The notes beneath the pieces are model-generated. The model was not told the origin of the DNA. It searched no databases and saw only the letters and a list, made by a program, of their open reading frames with translations. Source: Thermoproteota archaeon (GTDB lineage: Archaea > Thermoproteota > Thermoprotei > Thermofilales > B9-G17). From it: a stretch of DNA of 64,000 nt. Location of the stretch: contig JAPDJW010000009.1 of the NCBI GenBank assembly GCA_029258885.1, positions 108,879-172,878 on the forward strand, in the 5' to 3' direction. Positions 20,261 through 30,629 of this stretch are shown piece after piece. Positions within the stretch are counted from its first letter, which is position 1; each line of letters begins with the position of its first letter. Both the position numbers and the translations under genes were made by a program.

Positions 20261-20821
20261 ATGCGTAAGCGGTTAATAGAGATCTCCCTTTCAGCCTTCC
20301 TAACGAGCATAGCTGTGATAATATCGCCTGTACTGTGGTTTCCAGCCTTCACGACAAAGGCTTATCCGGGACAGCACATGATTAACGTTATCTCAGGAGT
20401 ACTACTGGGGCCGTGGTGGGCGGCATTAATAGCGCTATTCACAGGGATCATTAGAATGATGCTTGGCGTAGGCACAATATACTCCATACCAGGTGGAATA
20501 CCCGGGGCTTTCCTTGTAGGCATAGGATATGAGATATTGAGGAGGACTAGGTTTAAGGAGAAGGCCGAGTTAGCCGCTTTTCTGGAGCCCATAGGTACCG
20601 TGCTTATAGGTGGAACGCTTGCTCTCTATATTTTCGCTCCTTCGATAGGAGATGTTAGAATGCTTCAGAGGCTTGAAGAAGGTCCAATGTTTGCATTAAT
20701 TGGACTATGGAGTCTCTGGGCTTTAAGTTCAGTTCCCGGATGTATAATCGGCTATATAATACTGCTTGTACTAAAGAAGGCTGGATACACGAGGGAAACG
20801 ATACTTGAAGATAAACATTAG
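20261..20821 (+). CDS. thiW: ECF transporter S component ThiW (thiazole precursor)
   Basis: AYPGQHMINVISGVLLGPW, EPIGTVLIGG motifs; thiamine operon context. Confidence 0.9.
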   Translation: MRKRLIEISLSAFLTSIAVIISPVLWFPAFTTKAYPGQHMINVISGVLLGPWWAALIALFTGIIRMMLGVGTIYSIPGGIPGAFLVGIGYEILRRTRFKEKAELAAFLEPIGTVLIGGTLALYIFAPSIGDVRMLQRLEEGPMFALIGLWSLWALSSVPGCIIGYIILLVLKKAGYTRETILEDKH

Positions 20822-21356
20822 CGAAATACTAGGCAAGAGGACGTTAATAGTGGGAGATGTTGGTAAAGGTAAAACTAGGGTTACCGCTGAAATAGTTACC
20901 CAGCTTATATCCATGGGCTATGAGAGAGAGATAACGATTATAGATATGGCTCCCAAGAGAATAGGTAGTATAGGAGGGAGAATAGCCGACTATGTAAAGC
21001 TACTTAATACTATCAAATACCTATACAGCGATAAAATAATACCTCCCCGAACAATGGGTAAAAATAAAAATGAAGTTTTAAGATATGCTCAAAACAATAG
21101 AATGGTTATACATGATATGCTCCAAAGCTACCTTAATGAGCCAACACGGATACTTGTAATCAACGATATAACGCTCTATTTTCACGCGGGGAGCCTAGAG
21201 GATATACTCCTTTGCGTACGTAAAGCTGAAACATTTCTAGCAAACGGCTACTATGGAACTTATTTTAGTGATGATAAATCATCGGGTATAAGCACGAGGG
21301 AGAAGAGGCTTATGGAGGAGCTGATGGAAAAAATGGATAAAATATATTATTTATAG
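20805..21356 (+). CDS. Small P-loop NTPase of unknown function
   Basis: Walker A GDVGKGKT, Walker-B-like LVIND; start overlaps thiW stop by 17 nt. Confidence 0.65.
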   Translation: MKINISEILGKRTLIVGDVGKGKTRVTAEIVTQLISMGYEREITIIDMAPKRIGSIGGRIADYVKLLNTIKYLYSDKIIPPRTMGKNKNEVLRYAQNNRMVIHDMLQSYLNEPTRILVINDITLYFHAGSLEDILLCVRKAETFLANGYYGTYFSDDKSSGISTREKRLMEELMEKMDKIYYL

Positions 21357-21881
21357 CTAGTAGGGAGGAGGCGGTGGAGGCGGAGGAACAGCTACAGGTC
21401 TTTTAACCTCCTCAGGCTTATGTAAGAAATACGCTATAAACATAAATACTCCGCCAGCCATTACGACTAATGGTCCTAATCCAAAACCTATGCTCGCGCC
21501 TAGTAAACTCCCATATTTAGACAAAATCCTCGATTTTATCATTTCAATCATTGCTATCCAGCATATTCCAGCTACTATAAGTAAGATTCCAGAGGCAATT
21601 TTTGCTTTCTTCGATACGAGGGCTACTATTCCAATCAATACTCCCAGACCATAGGATATAAGCGATGCTGTACCTAGAAACTCCTCGGTTGTCTCGGGAG
21701 CTCTAATGTTAACTCTGAAGCTCTCAGGCACGTTTTTCGCAACTGATATCATATCGTATAGGCTCATTTCAAGTGATAGAAACGCTACCTTTACTGTAAA
21801 CCACGGCAGGAAGAGGGCAACTATAGCTGCTACAAGCCCTATTAAAGCCACAATTAAGGATACAATGTGGATTTTCATCAA
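21357..21881 (-). CDS. Small multi-TM membrane protein with C-terminal Pro8-Tyr tail
   Basis: 4 hydrophobic helices, LFLPWF motif, ends VAVPPPPPPPPY. Confidence 0.75.
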   Translation of the reverse strand: MMKIHIVSLIVALIGLVAAIVALFLPWFTVKVAFLSLEMSLYDMISVAKNVPESFRVNIRAPETTEEFLGTASLISYGLGVLIGIVALVSKKAKIASGILLIVAGICWIAMIEMIKSRILSKYGSLLGASIGFGLGPLVVMAGGVFMFIAYFLHKPEEVKRPVAVPPPPPPPPY

Positions 21882-21951
21882 TATATAATGGTCAGAATAT
21901 AAATATAAATTATATTATTAAAAACAACGCAAGAGAAAAAGTAGAAGAGAA

Positions 21952-24900
21952 TTAAGGATCCCTAATGATTCTTGATAGCTCTTTAATTATTCTGCTTTTT
22001 GTGAGCATATTTATCCGAGATTCATAGTCTACAGCGGCTTTTGTCACCCTAACTCTGTTTTCAATCTCTTTTCTCACCCTACTCCATATCTCGCTGAAGT
22101 CATCGTATAGGACGTCGTTCTCAGTAAGTATAGGTTTCTCTATCTCTGTGATCTCGATCTCCTCTGCCGCGAGCCTCCAAATCATGTCTGAAAGCCTATC
22201 TAAAGCAGATGCAAATATCTCCATTACCTTAGCGTATGCACTCAAGATTGGGGCATACCTGGATCCCGGCATTAAATTTAAAGCACTTGAAAGCTTCCTA
22301 AGGACATCTCCCGGCGTCCTCGGCTTCTCCAGGAGCCTAAGCACTGATGTAATCTTTTCAGTTACCTCCTTAACTCCATCCAGTCCTATACCCTCACTCT
22401 CGATTCTCACAGTATTTTCGCCAAGATACTGTCCGGTAGATACAGCTTTCTGGCAGCTCTCCATAACTTCAATAGCATTCTCAAGAGCCTCTCGTATAGC
22501 CCTTATGAAATCTTCCTCCTCCTCAATAGCCTTAAGTTCCTCGCTGGACAGGAAGTCCCAAAGCCTTTCTCTAGCCATAGCCTTCTTAAAGTTCTTCTTT
22601 ATATTCTCAAACCTTCTCCTAAATTCCGTTAGTTTATCAGAGAACTCCTTCACTTCTCCTTCAAGGTCTGATGGATCGGGAAGCGACCTGTAGCTTCCGG
22701 ACGCACTATAATATTTAGTTAAAACCTTATTCTTATCCTTCAGGTAGCTTCTCCATATCTCCCAGCACTCCTCACGCGTCTTAACGGCTTGAAGCTTAGC
22801 CCTGTAAACATCTACTCTACTCCTCAGGCTAACAATATCATCTACAGCTTCATCAAGCCTTGCATATGTCTGCTCGCCCCTATCAATGTATTCTTTAACA
22901 CGTTCATTAAACGAGTTGAGGTCCTCAAGCACACCTTCAATTTCAGAAATAATATCATCCAATGGGAGGAGTGCGCCCTTAACCCTATCTATCAGATCAG
23001 GTCTACACGGCGGATTGCTCTTATATTCTTTAATATTCTCCTTAAGCCCGCGGAAATGCTTATCTAGGTCGTTCAGCGACCCGAGTATGTTGCGGTACTC
23101 CTCAATCTTCCTTCTACACTCGCCTCTCTCAGAGGCAGCTTCCCTAATTAACTTAGTAAGCTCATCTATCTCATTACGAAGCAGCCGGTCAACCTTATCC
23201 CTACACCTCCTCAGCTCCAGCTCGCAGCTCCTATACTTCTCCTCTAAGGCATCAGCAAACTTATCCACCTTATCCCGCATAGCCTTAAGAGATCCAATAT
23301 TCCTCCTAAGCTCGGATGCCATTTCGTCAAGAGCCCTTATATCGGCCTCAAGATCCCTAATTCTACTCTCCTCCTCAGTAAGCCTCTTAACGCCCCTCCA
23401 GTAATCCCTAATAACCTTACGTAGCTCCCTCCTGAACGAGTTAAACCTTCTAAAGAACTCATCAACTCTATCGGTTAAGTTTATCCTAACTCCGCAGAGC
23501 TCTATATAGTCCCTCCCCTCCCCGTCGGAGACCATGTCATGAAATATGTTTCTAACGTAATCGCCCGCCTCATCAATCCCACGCTTAATCCTCAAAATGT
23601 TACGTTTAGCCTCAGCAAGCTCATCCCGCTTCAGGGAGAGGTTCTTTTCAACTCCATTCAGCTTGCTCTCGTACTCGCTTATCGCCTTATCTATAATGCC
23701 GTCCCTTATATCCATGACCTCCTTATACAGCCTATATATCTCATCACACGTAAAGCACGCAGGATTCAAGGCCAGAATTCTGTTGAGTAGATCCAGAGCC
23801 CTACCAACCCTAATAGCTAGGTCGTCGAGGAGAAGCTTACGCCTACTCTTCGACTCAGATAACTGGACATCCAGCTTAGCTATCTCATCCTCAGCCTCCT
23901 TAAGCCTGCTCCTAAGCCTCGATAGGATCCTATCATACATGTTGATGGCAGCCTTTAAACCCCTATTCGCCATATAGCTACGGGTATAGTCTCCAGCAGC
24001 CTCAGCGCGCCTTGCAATATCCTCATAGAACTTAATACACTCATCCCTACTAGCCTCAGCCCTAGCGATCTTATCGTTTAGAAAATCCCGCATAGCCTTA
24101 GCCCTATAGTACCTCGACAACATATCTCCCAACTTTAAGGTTTCATCGAGAAGATTCTTAGCTGCACTAGATATTCCCGACAGCTCATCCACTATCTGCT
24201 TTCCAAACATGTTAAACGCAACCTTCTCCCTAGCACAAGGCTTCCTCCTACTGTAGTACAAGACGCCGCCGCCTAAACCGAAGGCTGCAAGAAGAATAGC
24301 TATAATAGTTGCTGAAAATGGAACGATAACAGTTATCTCCTTATCCTCCGTCAGCTCAACCGTAATAAACCTATCATAGAATAGACAGCTTACCCTAACA
24401 TTATACGTCCCAACCGGAAGCTTACCTAATAGAACGGATCCATCTCCATGTACTGTTAGAGTTTCACCGTCAGGTAGAACGGTGGATGCTGTGATGCCTG
24501 ATACAGCTATTCCCAGCGGATCGACCACGTTGATTTTCAGGTCGTAGACTCTACAGTCGATCGTGAAGGACTTGGATCCATCAACCTTAAAAACTACAGC
24601 CTCCAGGGGCTTTACGTCAGCACCCCTATACTGTACCAGCGTTAGAGTATATATGCCCTCCTTAAGCCACACATTAACGTACTCCGTTAATATTAGCTTA
24701 ACTCCATCACAGGCTATCTCGATTGCATTGGGAGTTATTTCCTCGCCCTTAGATTTAATAAACCTAAAGCTTACGAGGAAGTATCGATCCCAGTTAGCTA
24801 TTAGGACATAGGGCTTATCCACCCTAAGGGTGAATGAGCTACGGTTGATGGTTAAATCCCCAATCCATTCTCTAAACTCAACCTTCGTCCCGTTATCGAA

Positions 24901-26085
24901 CTCTAGGATGGGCGTAATACTTATCGTCACGTTGCTACCTGCAGGATGCCATCCATCCCCCTTGGGATAGTCGTATCTCGAAATGAGGGTTACTAAGTGG
25001 TATATCCTCCACTTCGCCGTGATGTTTATAGGATCTGCGAGGGAGCCTACAACTAGCTGAGGTTTACTTGGATCAAGCGTATTCCTACCCCAGTCGCCTT
25101 CCCACGAGACAAATACCGCCTTACTTCCATTGCCCACCATAACCTCACTCTGTTTCACTCCAAGCTGAACCGTGCTGCCCTCCTTATACCATCCGCTTCC
25201 ATAGGCTTCCCCATAGGGCGAGCTAACGATAACCCTATACTCGGCGTCGTATTCGCATGTGCCGTTGAACCCATCCTCATCTATATAGACTTTCCTAGGA
25301 TTATCCGTAACGCCGTCGCTCCATTCGACGAAGACATACCTTATATCATCTGATACGTTTATAACTGGGGGAACGTATATCTCGTGCCATCCAACAGGTA
25401 TGTAGGCTGTAATCTCACCATCCTCAGCTACATACTCGACTCCATCTATAACCACGTAGGTTACGTTAACTGGGACGTATATCTCAACAGGCGTCTCAAG
25501 GGCATACCTTATTAGGGTTGAATATTCCTCATCAGGCGTAAAGTCCCCGCACACGTACTCGTACTCGGTGACAACCCTCCAATTAAGCTCCTTAGGCTCC
25601 TCGTTAAGCCCTAGCTCGCTTTTAGGTATAAGGAGAGCTAGTGCAGTAGAGTTTTCAAGATATGCTTGAGCGGAGGTTGATACGTCATCCCAACCCCAGC
25701 TCCTATATACGCTGGCAGAAACTCCTAATCCCTCATAGAGTGTTATTGAATACATTGTATCGCAGTAGTTAAATGGAGCATCCTGACAGTTATTCCCGGG
25801 ATCTCCGTCCCTATCGAAGAGCACGTAATAGTAAGTCTTTTTCTCAGTAACCTCAGGTATTTCACCATAGACGTTTATTACAACCCTGAGGAAATTCTCC
25901 TCCTCAAATACGGCAATGCACTTAACGTCCACGAAACCTACGTAGCCTGAAGCCGCTCCGCCAGTCCATATGTCAAGCAGATCATTGTCGGGATCCTCTA
26001 TAAAATCCATGTAGATATAGGCTGAGGCATAGCTATTGAGAAAAAGCGCAATAATAAGTAAACTAATTATATACCTTCTTTTCAT
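21952..26085 (-). CDS. Giant single-pass membrane protein: ectodomain with repeat stalk, TM, ~760-aa helical/coiled-coil cytoplasmic region
   Basis: Signal peptide; beta-rich DPDND domain; YG..GSGWY..GS repeats; TM ATIIAILLAAFGLGGGVLYY followed by SRRK; long E/K/R/L-rich heptad region. Confidence 0.8.
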   Translation of the reverse strand: MKRRYIISLLIIALFLNSYASAYIYMDFIEDPDNDLLDIWTGGAASGYVGFVDVKCIAVFEEENFLRVVINVYGEIPEVTEKKTYYYVLFDRDGDPGNNCQDAPFNYCDTMYSITLYEGLGVSASVYRSWGWDDVSTSAQAYLENSTALALLIPKSELGLNEEPKELNWRVVTEYEYVCGDFTPDEEYSTLIRYALETPVEIYVPVNVTYVVIDGVEYVAEDGEITAYIPVGWHEIYVPPVINVSDDIRYVFVEWSDGVTDNPRKVYIDEDGFNGTCEYDAEYRVIVSSPYGEAYGSGWYKEGSTVQLGVKQSEVMVGNGSKAVFVSWEGDWGRNTLDPSKPQLVVGSLADPINITAKWRIYHLVTLISRYDYPKGDGWHPAGSNVTISITPILEFDNGTKVEFREWIGDLTINRSSFTLRVDKPYVLIANWDRYFLVSFRFIKSKGEEITPNAIEIACDGVKLILTEYVNVWLKEGIYTLTLVQYRGADVKPLEAVVFKVDGSKSFTIDCRVYDLKINVVDPLGIAVSGITASTVLPDGETLTVHGDGSVLLGKLPVGTYNVRVSCLFYDRFITVELTEDKEITVIVPFSATIIAILLAAFGLGGGVLYYSRRKPCAREKVAFNMFGKQIVDELSGISSAAKNLLDETLKLGDMLSRYYRAKAMRDFLNDKIARAEASRDECIKFYEDIARRAEAAGDYTRSYMANRGLKAAINMYDRILSRLRSRLKEAEDEIAKLDVQLSESKSRRKLLLDDLAIRVGRALDLLNRILALNPACFTCDEIYRLYKEVMDIRDGIIDKAISEYESKLNGVEKNLSLKRDELAEAKRNILRIKRGIDEAGDYVRNIFHDMVSDGEGRDYIELCGVRINLTDRVDEFFRRFNSFRRELRKVIRDYWRGVKRLTEEESRIRDLEADIRALDEMASELRRNIGSLKAMRDKVDKFADALEEKYRSCELELRRCRDKVDRLLRNEIDELTKLIREAASERGECRRKIEEYRNILGSLNDLDKHFRGLKENIKEYKSNPPCRPDLIDRVKGALLPLDDIISEIEGVLEDLNSFNERVKEYIDRGEQTYARLDEAVDDIVSLRSRVDVYRAKLQAVKTREECWEIWRSYLKDKNKVLTKYYSASGSYRSLPDPSDLEGEVKEFSDKLTEFRRRFENIKKNFKKAMARERLWDFLSSEELKAIEEEEDFIRAIREALENAIEVMESCQKAVSTGQYLGENTVRIESEGIGLDGVKEVTEKITSVLRLLEKPRTPGDVLRKLSSALNLMPGSRYAPILSAYAKVMEIFASALDRLSDMIWRLAAEEIEITEIEKPILTENDVLYDDFSEIWSRVRKEIENRVRVTKAAVDYESRINMLTKSRIIKELSRIIRDP

Positions 26086-26212
26086 GTATCTCTAACCATA
26101 CCTATTTCTCCCTAATAATATTATGTTCAAATATCTTTAAAACTATTTCATACTTAAGCTTTAAAACCTAGAGGTAAGACTATATTTACAGGGCTGAAGT
26201 CAAGGTGTAGCC

Positions 26213-27148
26213 TTGAGGCCTCCATGCGAACTAGTGGTTAGAATAATACTCCCATATATTAGGGCTAGGATAGCTAAACAGTTAATAGAGGAGCATGGAT
26301 ACACATTAACGCAGGTTTCAAGGATACTGAAAATCTCCAAGACGTCCGTGTTAAAATATCGGAAAATACTAAGGGAATCTCCTGCTAGAGGCGTAGATGT
26401 ACTAAATAGGATAGCTGATGAAGCGGTGGAGCATATAGTTAGGGGTGAGGCTGAAGATTATCATCTAATTAAAATTATGTGTAGAGCATGTATGCTAGAA
26501 AAAATGGGCGGAACAATATGTTCACTACATAGAAGCGTCTATGGATTCCCGGAGGAGTGCGACATATGTAGAGACGTAGTGCTAGGTATTGGGGAGTTAG
26601 CGCTAGAGAGGGCTAACATATTAGGTGATCTAATGGAGGCATATCGAATATTATCCACTATAGATGGGTTTAACAAGATTATACCTGAGGTAAGAACAAA
26701 TATCGTAATGTGCACTAAGGATGCTGGCAAAGTAGAGGATGTAGCGGGTTTTCCAGGGAGAATAACTGTCATAAAGGGTAAAGCTTCCATAGTTTCGCCC
26801 CCTAAATTTGGGGCTTCAAAACATTTAGCTACAATACTTTTAAAAGCTCATAAGATAAATCCCGAAATTAATAGCTGTACATGTATAAGATATAGTGGAA
26901 AAATAGATGCATGTTTAAAAGCTTCTGGCTACAGGCTACTATACATGGATAGGAGGAAGTTTAAGGATATCATTAACTTTATGAATTCGCTTAAAAGCCT
27001 GAATATGAACGATGTTATAGTGGATTTAGGTGGCAGAGGTATCGAGCCAGTAGCTTACCTCTTTGCACAATCCGCTACGGAGATAGCTAGAAGAGTAAAA
27101 CAGATAGCTGAAAAGATAAATAGAGAGTTTTCTAAGTTAGCGGTGTAG
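26213..27148 (+). CDS. thiR: ThiR-type transcriptional regulator (HTH plus ThiN-like ligand-binding domain)
   Basis: MRPPCELVVRIILPYIRARIAKQL..TLTQVSRILKISKTSVLKY HTH; CxxH..C cluster; IIPEVRTNIV, FPGRIT, GASKHLA, GIEP ThiN-like motifs. Confidence 0.8.
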   Translation: MRPPCELVVRIILPYIRARIAKQLIEEHGYTLTQVSRILKISKTSVLKYRKILRESPARGVDVLNRIADEAVEHIVRGEAEDYHLIKIMCRACMLEKMGGTICSLHRSVYGFPEECDICRDVVLGIGELALERANILGDLMEAYRILSTIDGFNKIIPEVRTNIVMCTKDAGKVEDVAGFPGRITVIKGKASIVSPPKFGASKHLATILLKAHKINPEINSCTCIRYSGKIDACLKASGYRLLYMDRRKFKDIINFMNSLKSLNMNDVIVDLGGRGIEPVAYLFAQSATEIARRVKQIAEKINREFSKLAV

Positions 27149-27292
27149 ATGGAAGAGGAAACAGGTTGCGATAATTGGCTATTAGTCAGGAAGCTATATC
27201 ATGTTCCTATGTAACAATATATCACATCATGGTATGATAAATGTAGTTTCAAAAGAGGGTTACCTATATATACGGTTAATACTGAAGATAAC

Positions 27293-27349
27293 TAGGGATG
27301 AATGGCCGATGGCAGGCTGATGCATGATGACTGGGTAAGCTGTATGACC
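27293..27349 (+). ncRNA. Probable C/D-box sRNA with canonical inner (C'/D') and degenerate outer boxes
   Basis: GGGATGA 27295-27301, CTGA 27317-27320, ATGATGA 27324-27330, ATGA 27344-27347; TATATATA ~25-30 nt upstream. Confidence 0.5.
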
Positions 27350-28029
27350 TACTTTTTCTTGACTGCGATCTTCTCCTCCAGTATTTTCTCCCAATCTATC
27401 CTAAATACTATGAATATTATAGCTATAAGTACGGCTAGCGTTATGAGCGAGACCGTGAGGTCATCCAGCTCCTCAGATGCGCTACTTACCTGAATGCCGA
27501 AGAACGATACGACGTACAGCATTGTTATCTTACCAGCGGTGCACGGTATGAGGGCTTTAAGTAGGGGATAGTTAACTAAGCCGAGTCCTATAAACAGTAT
27601 ATCGTCGGGAAGCGGAGTAAAGGCAAAGAGAAAGATAACTATGGGCACAAACCACTCGCCCTTCATCCTAATAATTCTCAGTAGAGCATCAGCCCTTCTT
27701 CTGGTGGAAGTGGAGACGGCACCCGTAACAAGTCTGCCTAAAACCCAGCCAACAACCTCGCCCAGCGCTGATCCTAAACCACTAAATACAGCGACTTCAA
27801 GAGGATTAATATTTGGTATTCTTGAAGCCAGCAGGAATATTATAACCGTATACGGTATCGGGAAGATAACGCTGGTTGCTCCTATAAAACTGATCATAAA
27901 GAAGACCAGCCACCTATACGTGTACGGCAGGTTAAGAAATACGTCCTTAATATATCCGAAGAACAGATAGAGTATGAAGCTAGCAATGAGTATAGCTAAT
28001 ATAGAGAAGTAGTTTCCAAGCTTTCCCAA
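27349..28029 (-). CDS. DedA/VTT (SNARE-associated) domain membrane protein
   Basis: FPIPYT, GLGSALGEVVGW, FAFTPLPDD, GK motifs. Confidence 0.88.
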   Translation of the reverse strand: MGKLGNYFSILAILIASFILYLFFGYIKDVFLNLPYTYRWLVFFMISFIGATSVIFPIPYTVIIFLLASRIPNINPLEVAVFSGLGSALGEVVGWVLGRLVTGAVSTSTRRRADALLRIIRMKGEWFVPIVIFLFAFTPLPDDILFIGLGLVNYPLLKALIPCTAGKITMLYVVSFFGIQVSSASEELDDLTVSLITLAVLIAIIFIVFRIDWEKILEEKIAVKKK

Positions 28030-28101
28030 TTCATTATTCCCTCCAGCAATGAATACGTTAATCTATTATAGGCTGGAACGTACTATTATCCTTTACGTAG
28101 A

Positions 28102-29516
28102 TTATTCATAGGCAAGTAGTGTTAGATCGCTTAAGGCAGGCCTAATAAAGTAGACTATAACAACAACTACTGCTAATAGTATAAGCATGGATATTACAAA
28201 GTCTCTCCACCTCTTCTCCCTATAGTCCCTATAGGCCACGTATAATAGGGCTATTAGAGGTAACAGGGTAATGCTGGATGGGGCAAGTAGTGTAAGTTTA
28301 ACGATAAAGGGCTTAAGGACATATTCAATAAAGTTTTCAAGGACAAAAGTCCCCTTAAACTCCTCTAAACACATGGCGAATGCACTATTCATTCCCTGCG
28401 AGTTTAGCGTGCGCCCAGCAATATGTATTCTATCACCTACAATATCCACATCCTCTACTAGCGAGAAACTGGGAACGGTAAGGTTAGGTATCCAAAGCCA
28501 AATTAAATTACCATTTAAATCCGTCTTAATTAATAGAGGCTTACGCCAATCCTTAACATAGCTAAATCCAGCAATATAAACTGCATCGTTAGCTGTGGCT
28601 ACGCTGCCGCCATGATCCCTTCCACTGAAGGAGTATTCCATAAGATTATAATCGCCCGAACGGAGATCATATATAGCCAGCAGGATGTGATATTCGCTGA
28701 CTATATTAATTCTCATAAGTATGTAAGCCCTGCCTCTGTATATGCATAGGTCATAAACACTTACACGAGCCTTCCCATGGCCTATGCTTAGCATCCATTC
28801 ACTCAAACTAATGTTAGCCACTAGATTAACCTTGCCCCTATGGTCTACTGCTTCAAGAATTAATCTATCCGCTACCTTACGTACAAGATAAACTACGCCT
28901 GAATGAAAATAGGCGGAGCCGGTCAGGTTTATACTCCATAAAATATCTCCGCTAAAACTCATCCTTAAAATCCTACGTGAAGTTAATACGTATAGCGAAT
29001 TATTCCATGCATATACTTCAAGGCCTCGTTCAATAAATTCATCGGCTCGGGGAAGGCTTATTGTATAGATGAAATCTCCCCGACGATTATACACGTATAT
29101 AACCGCCTTCCCACCGATTGTTCCTACAGCATATACTTTATCATTATATACTTCTAACCCATTGAACTCCGAGGAGACATTGGGATTAATAACCACATGG
29201 CGCCAGAGAAGTTTTCCATCTACATCATATGCTGCAATCAGAGCCTCGGATAGACGACTGTAGGTGACGGCTTATAGCCTACAGAACCCGCTACTAAAAC
29301 TACACTCCCGTCTACATACACGTCCTTAATAAAATCGCTGAAGTCCACTTCAACATAGGTTTCATTGCTTGGGAAAACATCAAGCCATATAGTTTTCAAA
29401 TGACTTACCGCATAAAGCTTAGCATCATAAAATCCCTTCACGTATACAGCAAATATCATTAAGTACAATATAGTTAGGGTTGCTATCCAATATGCTAGGA
29501 TACGATACTTCCTCAT
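28102..29516 (-). pseudogene. Membrane-anchored beta-propeller surface protein split by a 1-nt frameshift near 29272
   Basis: 5' ORF (MRKYRILAYW..., ATG 29516) reads ...GSVGYK then leaves frame; the other frame continues AVTYSRLSEALIAAYDVDGKLLW into ORF 28102-29196; propeller blades (KTDLNGNLIW) and two C-terminal TMs. Confidence 0.7.
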
Positions 29517-29826
29517 ACAAATATTATGTAGTCGGAGATTAGTCGGAGATGCATATATTATTTTCGAGGAAAAGAAAGCTATTCCCAGGAAGAATAACAT
29601 AAATACTGCCTAAGAAGCTTAATGCCCGTGCTATTTCATATAAGCTTCATATGAAAATCTGTAAAGGAATATATTATTTAATTAGCCTAGCCCGCTAGCA
29701 TAATTCGTGTTCCCGCTAAAATATAACCTATTCTACTGTGTCTTAATTTGATAGGCCTCTAGAGCATGTATGGCGTACTCGATAGTATAGGAAGGCTAAT
29801 AAGTTTAAGCGAAGATTTTCGAATGG

Positions 29827-30558
29827 TTGGTAATTATGCGGCTGTGTGACATTAATGTTGGCTTCGGATACGACGCCAGAAACGAGCTAAGAATAGAGAG
29901 GGAAGAATTTATCAAGTTTATATCAGAGGACGTATTTGAGAGAGTTGCAGTTCATCCAATATATTTAACTAATATCTTCGACGCCAATAGCAGAATTGCA
30001 GGGCTAATGAGGCATTCGAGTAAGGTTGTCGGAATAGCCCTAATTAACCCGCTTAGAGAGGATATGGCGGTAAGTGAGCTAGATAGAATTACGACGTTTA
30101 TGAGGATGTCTGGAGCTATGCTTAGACCATACATACACGGCTACAGCTTCGCTTTACAGATTGTATCCGACATTATCGAGGCTATATACAAGTTTGACCT
30201 CCCCATTATAGTATACTGTGAACACAGCTTTTCCCCCACCATGGTTAAGGTTCAGGCACTACAGTACAGCATGGTGGATTTCATAGTGATTAACGGAGTA
30301 CAGAAGTATGGCTACGGCGAAGTTTCATCCCTCATGAGGGGATGCGATAACGTGTTTATCAGCACCTCCCTCCTCCCAAATTACAGGGATTTAAGGAAAA
30401 TAATTGAGGAGTTCGGTCCCGAGAGGGTGCTGTTTGGCTCAAACTATCCCTACTACGACTTCAACTACGAACTATCTAAAGCTAAAAGCGCTGTAAAGGA
30501 GGACTATGAGGAGGAGCTTATATTCAGAAAGAATTTCATCGACTTAATCCTCGAGTAA
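29827..30558 (+). CDS. Amidohydrolase-2 family TIM-barrel protein, degenerate metal site
   Basis: FGPERVLFGSNYPY C-terminal motif, ALINP, LRPYIHGY; N-terminal D-x-H/H-x-H replaced by DIN. Confidence 0.75.
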   Translation: MVIMRLCDINVGFGYDARNELRIEREEFIKFISEDVFERVAVHPIYLTNIFDANSRIAGLMRHSSKVVGIALINPLREDMAVSELDRITTFMRMSGAMLRPYIHGYSFALQIVSDIIEAIYKFDLPIIVYCEHSFSPTMVKVQALQYSMVDFIVINGVQKYGYGEVSSLMRGCDNVFISTSLLPNYRDLRKIIEEFGPERVLFGSNYPYYDFNYELSKAKSAVKEDYEEELIFRKNFIDLILE

Positions 30559-30629
30559 TTGCTTACTTTCACAAATATCTACTGTAAAGTACATTAACCA
30601 CCCTCAACCATATAATCCTTGATGAGAGG

